Source: Pseudomonadota bacterium
Lineage (GTDB): Bacteria; Pseudomonadota; Gammaproteobacteria; Pseudomonadales; Moraxellaceae
Length of the DNA: 64,000 bases
Assembly (NCBI GenBank): GCA_021851865.1
Contig: JAJZBU010000011.1
Location: 1,631 to 65,630, forward strand
Direction: 5' to 3'
The translations under genes were made by a program, and so were the position numbers. Below, one piece after another: positions 39,930-51,124 of this stretch (positions are counted from its first letter, which is position 1; every line of letters begins with the position of its first letter). The notes under the pieces are model-generated. The model searched no databases and was not told the origin of the DNA. It saw only the letters and a list, made by a program, of their open reading frames with translations.

Positions 39930-40453
39930 TCTATCGTCTGGGTGAAAAAGCGCTGCAGGTGGCGGGAGAGCACTTCATCGCCGCCAGCGCCGACCTCATC
40001 GGCGACGTGCGCCTAGGGGAGAGGGCCAGCGTCTGGTTCGCGGCGGTCTTGCGCGGTGACAACGAACCCATCATCGTCGGTGACGAGAGCAATATTCAAG
40101 ATGGCAGCGTCCTGCATACCGATATGGGGGCGCCGTTGTCGATTGGGCGGCAAGTGACGGTCGGCCATCAGGTCATGCTGCATGGCTGCACGATCGGCGA
40201 CGGTTCTCTGATCGGCATCCAGTCGGTGATCCTCAATCATGCGCGCATCGGTCGCGGCTGCATCATCGGCGCGCATACCCTCATTCCCGAAGGCAAGGAA
40301 ATCCCCGACCATTCTCTCGTGATCGGCAGTCCGGGACGGGTGGTGCGGCAGGTCAGCGAGCAGGAAGCGCAGATGCTGCTCGCCAGCGCTGCTCACTATG
40401 TCGAGAATTTTCGGTGTTACCAGCGGCAGCTGCGGCAGGAGGTGGCGACATGA
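39926..40453 (+). CDS. Gamma-class carbonic anhydrase-like / left-handed beta-helix protein (YrdA/PaaY family)
   Basis: Hexapeptide repeats with the conserved His pattern ([11 protein letters not shown] ... [15 protein letters not shown]); 175 aa. Confidence 0.8.
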   Translation: MIYRLGEKALQVAGEHFIAASADLIGDVRLGERASVWFAAVLRGDNEPIIVGDESNIQDGSVLHTDMGAPLSIGRQVTVGHQVMLHGCTIGDGSLIGIQSVILNHARIGRGCIIGAHTLIPEGKEIPDHSLVIGSPGRVVRQVSEQEAQMLLASAAHYVENFRCYQRQLRQEVAT

Positions 40454-41631
40454 GCAGTCTCGGAACGCCGCTCACCGCACAGGCGAAACGGGTGATGTTG
40501 CTGGGTGCGGGCGAACTAGGCAAGGAGGTCTGTATCGAACTGCAGCGCCTGGGCTGTGAGACCATCGCCGTCGATCGTTATGCCGGCGCCCCGGCCATGC
40601 AGGTGGCGCATCGCGCCCACGTCGTGGCGATGCAGGATGAAGACTCTCTACGCCGCGTCATCGCCCAGGAGAACCCGCACATCATCGTCCCCGAGATCGA
40701 GGCCATCGCGACCCGCGTTCTGCTCGAGGAAGAGGCGCGCGGTCGTCAGGTCGTGCCGTCGGCGCGGGCGGCGCATCTGACCATGAATCGTGAAGGCATC
40801 CGTCGTCTGGCCGCTGAAGAGCTGGGACTGGCGTGTTCCGACTATCGTTTCGCCGACGATCTTGCCGGCCTGCAGCAGGCGGCGGCGGAGCTCGGCTTCC
40901 CCTGTATCGTCAAGCCGGTGATGTCATCCAGCGGCAAGGGGCAAAGTCTGGTGCGGCACGCCGAGGATCTCGCCGCTGCCTGGGCGTATGCCCAGACGGG
41001 GGCGCGCGTCGGTCTGCGGCGCGTCATCGTCGAGTCCTATATCGCCTTCGAATACGAGATCACCTTGTTGACGATCCGGCATTGTCAGGGGGTGCTTTTT
41101 GCCGAGCCCATCGGGCATCGCCAGGAAGCGGGCGACTATCGTGAATCCTGGCAGCCGCAAAGAATGGAGCCCGAGGCCTTGCAGAGCGCCCGGCGCATGG
41201 CCGCCGAAGTGACAACAGCGCTCGGTGGCTGGGGCGTCTTCGGTGTCGAGTTTTTCGTGCGCGGCCAGGAGGTTTGGTTCAGCGAGGTGTCGCCGCGACC
41301 GCATGATACCGGTTTGGTGACCTTGATCTCGCAGTCTCTGTCCGAGTTTGCCCTGCATGCGCGCGCTATGCTCGGTCTGCCGATCCCGTGCCTGCGCCAT
41401 GTTGGACCGGCGGCCTCTTGCGCACTGATCGCCGAAGGCCACAGCGAACATCTGCAATACCATCACCTGGAACGCGCCCTGGCGGCGGCGGACACCGACC
41501 TGCGCCTTTTCGGCAAGCCGGCGGTCGATGGCTATCGGCGTATGGGCGTGGGCTTGGCCCTCGGTGATTCGATCGAGGCGGCGCGTAGCAAGGCGCGCGC
41601 CGTGGTCGAGGCCATCGAGCTGCAGTTCTAG
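40450..41631 (+). CDS. purT: Formate-dependent phosphoribosylglycinamide formyltransferase
   Basis: ATP-grasp protein with a PurT N-terminus ([13 protein letters not shown]) and a C-terminus typical of PurT. ATGA overlap with the upstream stop. Confidence 0.9.
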   Translation: MSSLGTPLTAQAKRVMLLGAGELGKEVCIELQRLGCETIAVDRYAGAPAMQVAHRAHVVAMQDEDSLRRVIAQENPHIIVPEIEAIATRVLLEEEARGRQVVPSARAAHLTMNREGIRRLAAEELGLACSDYRFADDLAGLQQAAAELGFPCIVKPVMSSSGKGQSLVRHAEDLAAAWAYAQTGARVGLRRVIVESYIAFEYEITLLTIRHCQGVLFAEPIGHRQEAGDYRESWQPQRMEPEALQSARRMAAEVTTALGGWGVFGVEFFVRGQEVWFSEVSPRPHDTGLVTLISQSLSEFALHARAMLGLPIPCLRHVGPAASCALIAEGHSEHLQYHHLERALAAADTDLRLFGKPAVDGYRRMGVGLALGDSIEAARSKARAVVEAIELQF

Positions 41632-41650
41632 GGGCGCCGTCGCGCCTGCT

Positions 41651-42457
41651 TCAAAGCGGCAGTTCGTTGCCGTGGATCAGGGTGAGCAGGCTCTTGACCA
41701 CCTTGCTGTGGCCGGCGACGATGCGGCCGCTGTGCAGGTAGTCGTGTCCGCCCTGAAAATCGGTGACCAGTCCACCGGCTTCGCGGATGAGCAGGTCGCC
41801 TGCGGCCATGTCCCAGAGCGACAAGCCGTTCTCCCAGAAGCCGTTGAGGCGGCCGGCGGCGACATAGGCCAGATCGAGAGAAGCGGCACCGGCGCGGCGT
41901 ATGCCGGCGCTGTGCTCGGCGACCTGACGAAAGACGCGCAGATAATCGTCCATGTCAGGCATCTGATCGGGGCGGAAAGGGAAGCCGGTACCGATGAGGG
42001 CATCGTTGAGGCCCTTGCAGACCGGCAGACGCAGGCGATGGTTGCCGAGGCGCGCGCCACCACCGCGCAAGGCGGTGAATTCCTCGCGCCGCAGGGGATC
42101 GAGGACGATGGCCAGCTCGGTATGGCCGCGCACTTGCAGGGCGAGGCTGATGGCGAACTGGGGAAAGCCGTGGATGAAATTGGTGGTGCCGTCGATCGGG
42201 TCGAGGATCCACACCGATTCGCGCTCACTGCCATCAGGGCCAAATTCTTCGCCGATGAAGCCGTGGTCGGGGTAGACGCCGCGCAGCTGCTCGCGGATGA
42301 ACTGCTCAACCTTGCGATCGGTGGCGGTGACGTAGTCGTGCACGCCTTTGCTCTGGATGTCGGCGTGATCCCTGCGCTCATAGGCCCGGTAGATCATCTC
42401 TCCGGCAGAGCGAACGGCGCGCAAGGCCATATTGAGGGTCGGCTGCATCGTCGACAT
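41651..42457 (-). CDS. suhB: Inositol monophosphatase family protein SuhB
   Basis: IMPase motifs WILDPIDGTTNF and WDMAAG. It is divergent from trmJ, as in other Gammaproteobacteria. Confidence 0.92.
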   Translation of the reverse strand: MSTMQPTLNMALRAVRSAGEMIYRAYERRDHADIQSKGVHDYVTATDRKVEQFIREQLRGVYPDHGFIGEEFGPDGSERESVWILDPIDGTTNFIHGFPQFAISLALQVRGHTELAIVLDPLRREEFTALRGGGARLGNHRLRLPVCKGLNDALIGTGFPFRPDQMPDMDDYLRVFRQVAEHSAGIRRAGAASLDLAYVAAGRLNGFWENGLSLWDMAAGDLLIREAGGLVTDFQGGHDYLHSGRIVAGHSKVVKSLLTLIHGNELPL

Positions 42458-42569
42458 GGGTCACCTGATCAAGAGCATGGGGCCGGATATGATAACAGAG
42501 TTTATCGTCTGCCGTGCTAAGAGCCTCGTGCCGGTGTTATCATGCGATTTTGCTCCGGGGTGATCGGCG

Positions 42570-43340
42570 ATGTGCTTGGCGGGCATCAGGGTGGTGATGG
42601 TGCAGACCACGCACCCAGGCAATATCGGTGCCGCGGCGCGGGCCATGAAGACCATGGGGCTGAGTCAGCTGGTGCTGGTGGCGCCTTGCCATTTTCCGCA
42701 CGCCGAGGCGACGGCTCTGGCCTCGGGCGCTGCCGATATCCTGGCACAAGCCAAGGTGGTGGCGACGCTTGACGAGGCGCTCGCCGATGTCGCCCTGGCG
42801 GTGGCCACCAGTGCCCGTTTGCGGCATCTGCCCTGGCCGCACGTCGATGCGCGTGCGGGGGCGCAGCGCATGCTGCAAGAAGCGGCGCGCCATCCCGTCG
42901 CTCTGGTGTTTGGGCGTGAAGATCGCGGCCTCACCAATGAGGAGCTGCAATCCTGCCACCTGCACGTCGGCATCCCCAGTGATGCTGAGTACGGCGTGCT
43001 GAATGTGGCGGCGGCGGTGCAGGTGCTGGCTTACGAGCTGCGCATGGCTTGGCTGCAGGCGCAGGAGATTGCGCCCGGCGATGAGCCGCGCATGCCCTTG
43101 CTGCAGGTGCCCTGGGACGAGGAGCTCGCGACACTCGCCGAAGTCGAGCAGTTTTTCCAACACTTCGAGCGCGTGCTGGAGCGGGTCGGTTTCTTGTCGG
43201 TGCAAAATCCCCGTCCCATGCTGTTGCGCCTGCGGCGGATGTTTTTGCGCATCCGTCCGGATCGCCTCGAACACAATCTGTTGCGCGGTTTGCTCAAAGA
43301 CGTCGAGAAGGCGTTGTCGAAACGCGAAGGGGGCACCTGA
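42570..43340 (+). CDS. trmJ: tRNA (cytidine/uridine-2'-O)-methyltransferase TrmJ
   Basis: The SpoU/TrmH N-terminus [25 protein letters not shown] aligns closely with E. coli TrmJ. Confidence 0.9.
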   Translation: MCLAGIRVVMVQTTHPGNIGAAARAMKTMGLSQLVLVAPCHFPHAEATALASGAADILAQAKVVATLDEALADVALAVATSARLRHLPWPHVDARAGAQRMLQEAARHPVALVFGREDRGLTNEELQSCHLHVGIPSDAEYGVLNVAAAVQVLAYELRMAWLQAQEIAPGDEPRMPLLQVPWDEELATLAEVEQFFQHFERVLERVGFLSVQNPRPMLLRLRRMFLRIRPDRLEHNLLRGLLKDVEKALSKREGGT

Positions 43341-44113
43341 TGGCCTGGTTGAAAGAGTTGCGCGAAGATGTGGCTTCGGTCTTTGAGCGCGATCCGGCGG
43401 CGCGCACGACCCTGGAGGTCGTGCTCACTTATCCGGGCATCCATGCGCTGATCGGACATCGCCTGGCGCATGCGCTCTGGCGTCGCCATTGGTCCGCCCT
43501 GGCGCGTTATGTCTCGGCGGTTTCACGGTTTTTGACCGGTATCGAGATTCATCCGGGGGCGTGTATCGGTCGTCGCTTCTTCATCGACCACGGCATGGGG
43601 GTGGTGATCGGCGAGACCGCTGAAATCGGTGATGATGTCACGCTCTATCATGGCGTCACCTTAGGCGGTACGTCCTGGCGGCCGGGCAAGCGCCATCCGA
43701 CCCTCGGTCACGGTGTGGTGGTCGGCGCCGGCGCCAAGGTTCTCGGTCCCATCCATGTCGGTGATGGCGCCAAGATCGGCTCCAATGCCGTCGTGGTCAA
43801 GTCGGTGCCAGCGCAGGCGACGGTGGTGGGCAATCCCGGGCGGATCATCAACAAAGCGGAAGATCGGCATCGCGAGCGCCTCGATTACGCGCAGAGCCTG
43901 GGTTTTCACGCCTATGGCCTCGATGCCGGCGATCCTGATCCGGTGGCCCAGGCCATCGTCTCCTTGCTCGATCATCTGCAGGCGGTCGACAAGCGCATGG
44001 ATGTGTTTTGCCAGGCCATGCGCGCGGCGGGGATGAATCTTTGTGACGCCGAGGTGCCGGCGCTGAAGGATGAGGACTTTGCCGGTGTACGCGATCAGGG
44101 CGATAAAGGTTGA
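43340..44113 (+). CDS. cysE: Serine O-acetyltransferase
   Basis: SATase N-domain ([20 protein letters not shown]) plus a hexapeptide-repeat C-domain ([24 protein letters not shown]). Confidence 0.92.
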   Translation: MAWLKELREDVASVFERDPAARTTLEVVLTYPGIHALIGHRLAHALWRRHWSALARYVSAVSRFLTGIEIHPGACIGRRFFIDHGMGVVIGETAEIGDDVTLYHGVTLGGTSWRPGKRHPTLGHGVVVGAGAKVLGPIHVGDGAKIGSNAVVVKSVPAQATVVGNPGRIINKAEDRHRERLDYAQSLGFHAYGLDAGDPDPVAQAIVSLLDHLQAVDKRMDVFCQAMRAAGMNLCDAEVPALKDEDFAGVRDQGDKG

Positions 44114-44130
44114 TTGATTTAGTAGGAAAT
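44106..44130 (+). promoter_or_regulatory. Candidate type-1 IscR operator upstream of iscR
   Basis: AAGGTTGATTGATTTAGTAGGAAAT matches 19 of 25 positions of the type-1 IscR consensus as I recall it (ATASYYGACTRWWWYAGTCRRSTAT). It overlaps the candidate -35. Confidence 0.45.
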
Positions 44131-44138
44131 GAGACAAT
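44110..44138 (+). promoter_or_regulatory. Candidate sigma70 promoter of the isc operon (TTGATT-17 nt-GACAAT)
   Basis: -35-like TTGATT at 44110-44115, 17-nt spacer, -10-like GACAAT at 44133-44138, 34 nt upstream of the iscR ATG. Confidence 0.35.
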
Positions 44139-44171
44139 ACTCGCCTGAAGAGACGATGGATTGGAGAAGCC

Positions 44172-44648
44172 ATGCGCTTGACCACCAAGGGGCGCTACGC
44201 CGTGACGGCGATGCTGGATTTGGCCTTGCATGCGCGCATGGGGCCGGTCAGTCTCGCCGATATTTCAGAACGACAGACGATTTCGGTGTCCTATCTTGAG
44301 CAGCTGTTTGCCAAGTTGCGTCGCGCCGATCTGGTCAAGAGCGTGCGCGGGCCGGGCGGCGGCTATTACTTGGCGCGTCCGGGCGAGCACATCTTCATCG
44401 CTGAGATCATCGATGCCGTCGATGAGTCGGTCGACGCCACGCGCTGTGCCGGACAAGGCGACTGTCAGCAGGGAATGACCTGTCTGACGCATGAGTTGTG
44501 GTCGGATCTGAGCGGCAAGATCCACGAGTTTCTCGCCGCCATCAGTCTGCAGCAGCTCACCGATAGCGCGGGGATCCGTGCCGTTTCGGAACGACAGATG
44601 ATCCATCAGCAGCGACAGCAAGAGCGTCTCGACATTTTGCAGCGATGA
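44172..44648 (+). CDS. iscR: Fe-S cluster assembly transcriptional regulator IscR
   Basis: Rrf2 N-terminus [18 protein letters not shown] and the three-Cys cluster ligand region ([20 protein letters not shown]). Confidence 0.95.
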   Translation: MRLTTKGRYAVTAMLDLALHARMGPVSLADISERQTISVSYLEQLFAKLRRADLVKSVRGPGGGYYLARPGEHIFIAEIIDAVDESVDATRCAGQGDCQQGMTCLTHELWSDLSGKIHEFLAAISLQQLTDSAGIRAVSERQMIHQQRQQERLDILQR

Positions 44649-44665
44649 GGCAAGAAGAGGGTGCC

Positions 44666-45886
44666 ATGGTGAAGAATCCTGTTTATCTCGACTATGCGGC
44701 GACGACGCCGGTTGATCCACGCGTCGCTGAGAAGATGATGCAATGCCTGACCATGGACGGTAATTTCGGCAATCCGGCGTCGCGCTCGCATGTTTTCGGC
44801 TGGCGTGCAGAAGAAGCCGTCGAAGTGGCGCGTGAGCAGGTCGCGGCGCTGGTCGGTGCCGATCCGCGCGAGATCGTCTGGACCTCTGGCGCCACCGAGT
44901 CGAACAACTTGGCGATCAAAGGCGCCGCACACTTCTATCAGGGCAAAGGCCGACATCTGGTCACCTCGCGCATCGAGCACAAGGCCGTCCTTGACACCTG
45001 TCGCCAACTCGAACGCGAAGGCTTCAGCGTCACCTATCTCGATCCCGAGCCGGGTCAGGGCCTGATTCACCCCGAGCAGGTAGCAGCCGCCCTGCGCCCG
45101 GACACGATCCTGGTGTCGCTGATGCATGTCAACAATGAGATCGGTACGCTCACTGACATCAGCGCCATCGGCGAGCTGACGCGCGCGCGCGGCATTCTGC
45201 TGCACGTCGACGCGGCGCAATCGGCGGGCAAGACGAGCATCGATCTGGCGCAGATGCCAGTCGATCTGATGAGTTTCTCCGGTCACAAGGTCTATGGCCC
45301 CAAGGGTATCGGCGCGCTCTATGTGCGCCGCAAGCCGCGCGTGCGGCTCGAAGCGCAGATGCATGGCGGCGGTCACGAGCGCGGCATGCGTTCCGGAACT
45401 TTGCCAACGCATCAGATCGTTGGCATGGGCGAGGCTTTTCGCTTGGCGGCGGCGGAGATGGCCGAGGAGTCGGTGCGCCTGCTCGCCTTGCGGCAGCGTC
45501 TGTGGGCGGGTCTCAGTGATCTGCAACAGGTGTTCATCAACGGTCATGCCGAGCAGCGCATTCCCGGGCTGCTCAATGTCAGTTTCAACTATGTCGAAGG
45601 CGAGTCGCTGATCATGGCGCTCAAGGACATGGCGGTATCCTCGGGTTCGGCCTGTACTTCGGCCAGCCTCGAGCCTTCTTATGTGCTGCGCGCGCTTGGC
45701 TTGTCCGATGAGATGGCGCACAGTTCTTTGCGGTTCAGTCTGGGACGGTACACCACGGCGGAGGAGATCGATGGCGTCGTCGCGCAGATCCATCATGCCG
45801 TCGATCGCCTGCGTGCGCTTTCGCCGCTGTGGGATATGTTTCAGGATGGGGTGGATTTGAAGAGCGTCGCCTGGACGGCGCATTGA
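44666..45886 (+). CDS. iscS: Cysteine desulfurase IscS
   Basis: [21 protein letters not shown]-terminus, PLP-Lys motif [10 protein letters not shown], active-site loop SSGSACTS. The start is taken at ATG 44666. Confidence 0.95.
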   Translation: MVKNPVYLDYAATTPVDPRVAEKMMQCLTMDGNFGNPASRSHVFGWRAEEAVEVAREQVAALVGADPREIVWTSGATESNNLAIKGAAHFYQGKGRHLVTSRIEHKAVLDTCRQLEREGFSVTYLDPEPGQGLIHPEQVAAALRPDTILVSLMHVNNEIGTLTDISAIGELTRARGILLHVDAAQSAGKTSIDLAQMPVDLMSFSGHKVYGPKGIGALYVRRKPRVRLEAQMHGGGHERGMRSGTLPTHQIVGMGEAFRLAAAEMAEESVRLLALRQRLWAGLSDLQQVFINGHAEQRIPGLLNVSFNYVEGESLIMALKDMAVSSGSACTSASLEPSYVLRALGLSDEMAHSSLRFSLGRYTTAEEIDGVVAQIHHAVDRLRALSPLWDMFQDGVDLKSVAWTAH

Positions 45887-45904
45887 TCAGCGAGGTGAAC
45901 GATC

Positions 45905-46297
45905 ATGGCATACAGTGATAAAGTACTGGATCACTACGAGAATCCGCGCAATGTCGGATCCTTGGCCAAGGATGATGATGCGGTGGGTACGGGCATGGTT
46001 GGAGCGCCGGCCTGTGGCGATGTGATGCGCTTGCAGATCAAGGTCAACGCCGCTGGCGTCATCGAGGATGCCAAGTTCAAGACGTATGGCTGTGGCTCGG
46101 CGATCGCTTCCAGTTCGCTGGTGACCGAGTGGGTCAAGGGCAAGAGCCTGGACGAGGCACTGACCATTCGCAATACTCAGATCGCGGAGGAGTTGGCGCT
46201 GCCACCGGTTAAGATACACTGTTCAGTCCTGGCCGAGGATGCGATCAAAGCGGCGGTCGAAGACTATCGCAAGAAGCAGCAAGCCCACGAGGTGTGA
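45905..46297 (+). CDS. iscU: Fe-S cluster scaffold IscU
   Basis: [18 protein letters not shown], with Cys motifs [19 protein letters not shown] and HCSVLAEDA. Confidence 0.95.
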   Translation: MAYSDKVLDHYENPRNVGSLAKDDDAVGTGMVGAPACGDVMRLQIKVNAAGVIEDAKFKTYGCGSAIASSSLVTEWVKGKSLDEALTIRNTQIAEELALPPVKIHCSVLAEDAIKAAVEDYRKKQQAHEV

Positions 46298-46623
46298 TGA
46301 TGGCGGTTCACTTGAGTGCGTCGGCGGCGCAACATGTGCGCTCCTCCTTGCAGGAGCGCGGTCACGGTATCGGTGTACGCCTCGGGGTGAAGACCTCGGG
46401 ATGCTCGGGTTTGGCCTACGTCCTCGAATACGCCGACGCCGCCGACGCCGGTGACCAGGTGTTCGAGAGCCATGGCGTGCAGGTTTTGGTCGATGCCAAG
46501 AGTTTGGTCTATCTCGAGGGGACGGAGCTTGATTTTGTCCAGGAAGGCCTGAATTCCGGTTTCAAGTTCAATAATCCCAACAAGACCGGTGAATGTGGTT
46601 GCGGTGAGAGTTTCACGGTCTGA
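46294..46623 (+). CDS. iscA: Fe-S cluster carrier IscA
   Basis: A-type carrier with GCSGLAY and a C-terminal CGCGESF. Confidence 0.93.
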   Translation: MMMAVHLSASAAQHVRSSLQERGHGIGVRLGVKTSGCSGLAYVLEYADAADAGDQVFESHGVQVLVDAKSLVYLEGTELDFVQEGLNSGFKFNNPNKTGECGCGESFTV

Positions 46624-46633
46624 AGAGGATGTG

Positions 46634-47143
46634 ATGCTCAACTACTTTCATCTGTTCAATGTGCCGCAGGGCTATTTCATCGACGCTGTCGCTTTGCGCC
46701 AGTCCTATCAGCGCCTGCAGGCGCAGTATCATCCCGATCGCCATGTCGGCGAGAGCTTGCAGGAACAGCATCGTATCCTGGCCTTGGCTGCGGACATCAA
46801 TGCCGGCTGGTTGTGTTTGAACTCGCCGGTGGCGCGTGCTGGTCATCTGCTGGCCTTGCGCGGTGTCGATCTGACGTCGACCGTCATGCCTCTCGATGAA
46901 TCTTTTCTTGAGCAGCAGATCACCTGGCGTGAGCGCATCGCTACGGCCGCCACGCTCGAAGATCTCGAAGCCTTGCGCGTGCTCCTGCTGAAGGAGCGCG
47001 ATGAAGAAGGGCAGTCTTTCGCGGCCGCTCTAAAGCGTGATGATATCGATGCGGCGCGACGCCATCATGCCTCCTTGCAGTTCTTTGAGCGACTGCTTGA
47101 AGATCTGCGGCAGCAGATCGATCGTCTCGATGATATGAGCTGA
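46634..47143 (+). CDS. hscB: Co-chaperone HscB
   Basis: J-domain with HPD (LQAQYHPDR). The start at MLNYFHLF matches HscB N-termini. Confidence 0.9.
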   Translation: MLNYFHLFNVPQGYFIDAVALRQSYQRLQAQYHPDRHVGESLQEQHRILALAADINAGWLCLNSPVARAGHLLALRGVDLTSTVMPLDESFLEQQITWRERIATAATLEDLEALRVLLLKERDEEGQSFAAALKRDDIDAARRHHASLQFFERLLEDLRQQIDRLDDMS

Positions 47144-47172
47144 AGACCGTCTCCAAGACGCAGGATTTGAGT

Positions 47173-49023
47173 ATGGCATTGCTGCAGATTGCTGAACCTG
47201 GTCGCGCCCGCCATGACGCTGAGCCGCGCCGTGCCCTCGGTATCGATCTGGGAACGACGAATTCTCTGGTGGCGACGGTCAGGCAGGGACGGCCACAGAC
47301 CCTGCCGGACGAAGGTGGTGATCATTTGTTGCCCTCGGTCGTCTACTATGCGACGACACCGCCGCTCGTCGGCGCTGCGGCGATGCGCGCCAGCGCCCAG
47401 GATCCGGCACAGGGCATCGCTTCGGTGAAACGGCTCATGGGACGGACCTTGTCCGATGCTGAAGAGCAAGGGCGGTTTTTGCAGGAGCTCAAGGTGGAGT
47501 CGGGTAGCCTGCGTCTGCAGACGGCGGCCGGCTGGGTCAGTCCGGTGCAGGTGTCGGCAGAGATCCTCAAGGTGTTGGCCGAGCGCGGTCGGCAGGCTCT
47601 CGGCGGTGATCCGGTCGGTGTGGTCATCACCGTGCCGGCCTATTTCGATGACGCGCAGCGTCAGGCGACGCGCGATGCTGCCCGCTTGGCCGGTCTGAAA
47701 GTCCTGCGTTTGCTCAATGAGCCGACGGCGGCGGCGGTGGCTTATGGTCTCGATCATGGCGCCGAGGGTCTGCATGTTGTCTACGACCTCGGCGGCGGCA
47801 CCTTTGACGTCTCGGTTCTGCGTCTGCAGCGTGGTGTTTTTGAGGTCCTCGCCACCGGCGGTGACACCGCCCTCGGCGGTGATGACTTCGATCGCGCCAT
47901 CGCCGCCTGGATCCTGGCGCGGACGGGGTGGTCGACGCCGCATCTGCAACAGCGCCACGCCGCCCTGGTGCAGGCGCGCGAACTCAAACACCAACTCTCG
48001 TATCAGGCGGTGGCCGAAGCGCACTGGCCTGGGGGACGGGCCGAGCTCACCCGCAGCGAATTTGAAAGCATGATTCAGCCCGCCGTCGATCGCACCTTGC
48101 GCATCGTCCGCCGTGCTCTGCGTGACGCGGGCGTGAACGTCGAAGAGGTGCGCGAGGTGGTCATGGTGGGGGGCTCGACGCGCGTGCCGAGGGTGCAGGC
48201 GGAAGTGGAAAAACTCTTTCAACGCCGGCCGTTGACGCACATCGATCCGGATCGGGTCGTGGCCCTGGGGGCGGCCTTGCAGGCGGATGCGTTGGTCGGC
48301 AACAAGCCCGATGTGCAGATGCTGCTGCTCGACGTGCTGCCCCTGTCTTTGGGTATCGAAACCATGGGCGGCTTGATCGAGAAGATCCTGCCGCGCAATA
48401 CGACCTTGCCGGCTCGGCGCGAACAGGAATTCACCACATTCAAGGATGGTCAGACGGCGATGTCTTTTCACGTCGTCCAGGGTGAGCGCGAGCGTGTCGC
48501 GGATGCCCGCTCGTTGGCGCATTTCGAGCTGCGTGGCTTGCCGGCGCGTGTCGCCGGTGCGCTCAAGGTGCGCGTCAGTTTTCAGGTGGACGCCGATGGC
48601 TTGCTGTCGGTCAGCGCCATGGAGCCGGAGAGCGGGCAGCGCGCTGAGGTCATGGTCAAACCCTCTTATGGGCTCGCCGAAGAAGAGATCGCCGCCATGT
48701 TGCGACAGGCCTTTGACCAGGCCGCGGCGGATCAGGAGGTGCGGCGTCGACTGGAAGCGGAAGTCGATGCGCGGCGCCTGCTCGAAGCTTTACATTCGGC
48801 CCTGGCGGTAGATGGAGACATCCTGCTCGCCGCCGATGAGCGGGCGCGCATCACCGCCTTGATGGAAAAGCTCGCCGCCGCCTTGCAGACGGCGACGGAG
48901 TTGTCGCAGGTCTACCAGGACTTGCTCGCCGCCAGTGAGGACTACGCCGCACGACGGATGGACAAGGGGATGGCGGTGGCTTTGAGCGGCCGTCATGTCG
49001 ATGCGATAGATCAGGACCTATGA
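47173..49023 (+). CDS. hscA: Fe-S cluster chaperone HscA (Hsp70 family)
   Basis: [11 protein letters not shown]-terminus and Hsp70 motifs GIDLGTTNS and DLGGGTFD. Confidence 0.95.
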   Translation: MALLQIAEPGRARHDAEPRRALGIDLGTTNSLVATVRQGRPQTLPDEGGDHLLPSVVYYATTPPLVGAAAMRASAQDPAQGIASVKRLMGRTLSDAEEQGRFLQELKVESGSLRLQTAAGWVSPVQVSAEILKVLAERGRQALGGDPVGVVITVPAYFDDAQRQATRDAARLAGLKVLRLLNEPTAAAVAYGLDHGAEGLHVVYDLGGGTFDVSVLRLQRGVFEVLATGGDTALGGDDFDRAIAAWILARTGWSTPHLQQRHAALVQARELKHQLSYQAVAEAHWPGGRAELTRSEFESMIQPAVDRTLRIVRRALRDAGVNVEEVREVVMVGGSTRVPRVQAEVEKLFQRRPLTHIDPDRVVALGAALQADALVGNKPDVQMLLLDVLPLSLGIETMGGLIEKILPRNTTLPARREQEFTTFKDGQTAMSFHVVQGERERVADARSLAHFELRGLPARVAGALKVRVSFQVDADGLLSVSAMEPESGQRAEVMVKPSYGLAEEEIAAMLRQAFDQAAADQEVRRRLEAEVDARRLLEALHSALAVDGDILLAADERARITALMEKLAAALQTATELSQVYQDLLAASEDYAARRMDKGMAVALSGRHVDAIDQDL

Positions 49024-49026
49024 GCC

Positions 49027-49365
49027 ATGCCACAGATCATTTTCTTGCCGCACCCAGAGATTTGCCCTGAGGGCGCCGTCGTCGACGCAGCTGTCGGTGA
49101 ATCGATTTGTGACGCCGCCTTGCGCGCGCACGTTGAGATCGAGCATGCCTGCGACCGTGCCTGCGCCTGCACCACCTGCCATGTCATCGTGCGTGAGGGT
49201 TTGGCGTCCTTGTCGGACATGGATGAGTTGGAAGCCGATCTGCTCGATCAGGCTTGGGGGCTGGAGCCGGATTCGCGCCTGTCCTGTCAGGCGCGGCTGG
49301 CCGAGACGGATCTGGTCGTGGAAATTCCGCGCTATAGTATCAATCACGCCAAAGAGCGGAATTGA
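49027..49365 (+). CDS. fdx: ISC-type [2Fe-2S] ferredoxin
   Basis: 112 aa with adrenodoxin-type Cys motifs (CDRACACTTCH ... SRLSCQ). It follows hscA. Confidence 0.92.
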   Translation: MPQIIFLPHPEICPEGAVVDAAVGESICDAALRAHVEIEHACDRACACTTCHVIVREGLASLSDMDELEADLLDQAWGLEPDSRLSCQARLAETDLVVEIPRYSINHAKERN

Positions 49366-49488
49366 GGGCGCGGCGAGGTGGGTGAGGTAGAGGTGGAGTA
49401 AGGAGGCGGATGAGATGGCCAGGATTCGTCGATAAACGCGAGGTTTGAGGTTTTTGTGCGGAAGCATAGGATTTTTCATCAACCTGCG

Positions 49489-49494
49489 TATAAT
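49489..49494 (+). promoter_or_regulatory. Perfect TATAAT -10 hexamer upstream of ndk (promoter candidate with no convincing -35)
   Basis: TATAAT at 49489-49494, 30 nt upstream of the ndk ATG, preceded by an AT-rich stretch (GGATTTTTCATCAA). Confidence 0.3.
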
Positions 49495-49523
49495 CGCGAC
49501 TTTCCTGAACAAGAGAGCTCATC

Positions 49524-49955
49524 ATGGCTACAGAACGTACTTTGTCCATCATCAAGCCCGATGCCGTCGCCAAGAATGTCGTCGGTGAGATCGTCGCCCG
49601 CTTTGAAAAAGCCGGTCTGCGGGTGGTGGCGGCGCGCATGATGCAGCTGTCGCGCGCGCAGGCGGAAGGTTTCTACGCTGAACACGCCGCTCGTCCCTTC
49701 TTTCCAGATCTGGTCGCATTCATGACCTCGGGACCGGTCCTGGTGCAAGTTCTCGAGGGCGAAGACGCTGTTCTGCGCAATCGTGACCTCATGGGTGCGA
49801 CGGACCCGAAGAAGGCTGCGCCGGGGACCTTGCGTGCTGATTTCGCGCAGAGCATCGATGAAAATGCCGTGCATGGCTCCGATTCAACGCAGTCGGCGAC
49901 GCGTGAAATCGGCTATTTCTTCAGCGCGTTGGAGCTTTGCCCGCGCCTGCGTTAA
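49524..49955 (+). CDS. ndk: Nucleoside diphosphate kinase
   Basis: [12 protein letters not shown] ... NAVHGSDS active-site His motif; 143 aa. Confidence 0.96.
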   Translation: MATERTLSIIKPDAVAKNVVGEIVARFEKAGLRVVAARMMQLSRAQAEGFYAEHAARPFFPDLVAFMTSGPVLVQVLEGEDAVLRNRDLMGATDPKKAAPGTLRADFAQSIDENAVHGSDSTQSATREIGYFFSALELCPRLR

Positions 49956-49981
49956 TAAGGCGGTGGTGAAGAGAGGTGGCG

Positions 49982-51124
49982 ATGGGCGATGAGGCGGGGC
50001 GCAAGATCAATCTTCTCGGCTTGACCCTGTCCGAGCTCGAGGAGTTTTTCGTCGATCTCGGCGAGGCGCCCTTTCGTGCCCGGCAGGTGATGAAGTGGAT
50101 CCATCAGATGGGGGTCTATGACTTCGCGGGCATGAGCAATATCGCCAAACAGCTGCGCGCTCGCCTGTCCGAGGTGGCGGAGATTCGTCTGCCGCAGGTG
50201 GTCTACGAGCATACCGCCGCCGACGGGACGCGCAAGTGGGTGTTCGAACTCAGCGATGGCGCACGTGTCGAAACCGTGCTCATTCCCGATGGCGACCGGC
50301 GCACCTTGTGTGTTTCGTCGCAGGTTGGCTGTGCCCTCGATTGCAAGTTCTGCTCGACGGGCAAGCAAGGTTTTCAGCGCGATTTGCGGGCGTCCGAGAT
50401 CATCGCGCAGTTGGCGGTCGCCAGCCGTAGCGATCCCATGGGAGCCCCGCGCGCCGTCAGCAACGTCGTGATGATGGGCATGGGCGAGCCTCTGCTCAAT
50501 TACGAACAGGTGCTGCCGGCGCTGCGCATCATGCTCGACGACTGGGGCTATGGCTTGTCAAAGCGCCGGGTCACGGTGTCGACCTCCGGCGTCGTGCCGA
50601 TGATCGACAGGCTGGGCGAAGACATCGACGTCGCCCTGGCGGTGTCCCTGCATGCCTCCAACGACGCGCTGCGCGATGAACTGGTGCCGGTCAATCGCAA
50701 ATATCCCATGGCCGAGCTGGCTGCGGCCTGCCGGCGCTATCTGGCGCGCCACCAAAGCCTGGAAGTCGGGCGGCGGCGTATCACCATCGAATATGTCATG
50801 CTCGCCGGGGTCAATGACCAGCCGCAGCATGCGCGCGAACTCCTCGCCTACCTCGAGCAAGTGCCGAGCAAGGTCAATCTCATTCCCTTCAACCCTTTTC
50901 CGCATGCGCCTTATGCACGTTCTTCCCGCACCGCCATCCTGGCTTTTCAGAAAATCCTGCTCGATGCCGGTCTGACCTGTACCATACGGACGACGCGTGG
51001 CGATGACATCGACGCTGCCTGTGGTCAGCTGGTCGGGCAGGTCGAAGATCGGACACGACGTTCCGAACGCTGGGCGCGGCAGGTGGCGCGTACCCAGGAC
51101 ATCATCCATAGGAGTTCTTCATGA
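49982..51124 (+). CDS. rlmN: 23S rRNA/tRNA adenine-C2 methyltransferase RlmN (radical SAM)
   Basis: [12 protein letters not shown]-domain, radical-SAM [11 protein letters not shown], and a C-terminal Cys (IDAACGQL). The start is ATG 49982 (or GTG 49976). Confidence 0.93.
   Translation: MGDEAGRKINLLGLTLSELEEFFVDLGEAPFRARQVMKWIHQMGVYDFAGMSNIAKQLRARLSEVAEIRLPQVVYEHTAADGTRKWVFELSDGARVETVLIPDGDRRTLCVSSQVGCALDCKFCSTGKQGFQRDLRASEIIAQLAVASRSDPMGAPRAVSNVVMMGMGEPLLNYEQVLPALRIMLDDWGYGLSKRRVTVSTSGVVPMIDRLGEDIDVALAVSLHASNDALRDELVPVNRKYPMAELAAACRRYLARHQSLEVGRRRITIEYVMLAGVNDQPQHARELLAYLEQVPSKVNLIPFNPFPHAPYARSSRTAILAFQKILLDAGLTCTIRTTRGDDIDAACGQLVGQVEDRTRRSERWARQVARTQDIIHRSSS

Noticed and set aside
41632-41647. 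Hairpin GGCGC-CGTC-GCGCC between the convergent purT and suhB genes, considered as a bidirectional terminator.
   Set aside because: The stem is only 5 bp with no flanking T/A tracts on either strand, which is too weak to call.
47065-48522. A 485-aa ORF antisense to hscA, reminiscent of the long antisense ORFs reported opposite hsp70/dnaK genes.
   Set aside because: As far as I recall, the literature largely attributes this to codon bias. The translation here shows no domain signature, so I treat it as a shadow ORF.
49400-49447. A perfect AAGGAGG followed by mini-ORFs (MRWPGFVDKREV, 12 codons, and MARIRR, 6 codons) between fdx and ndk.
   Set aside because: They are too short and unremarkable to call as genes. 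I report them only as part of the C-free purine tract finding.
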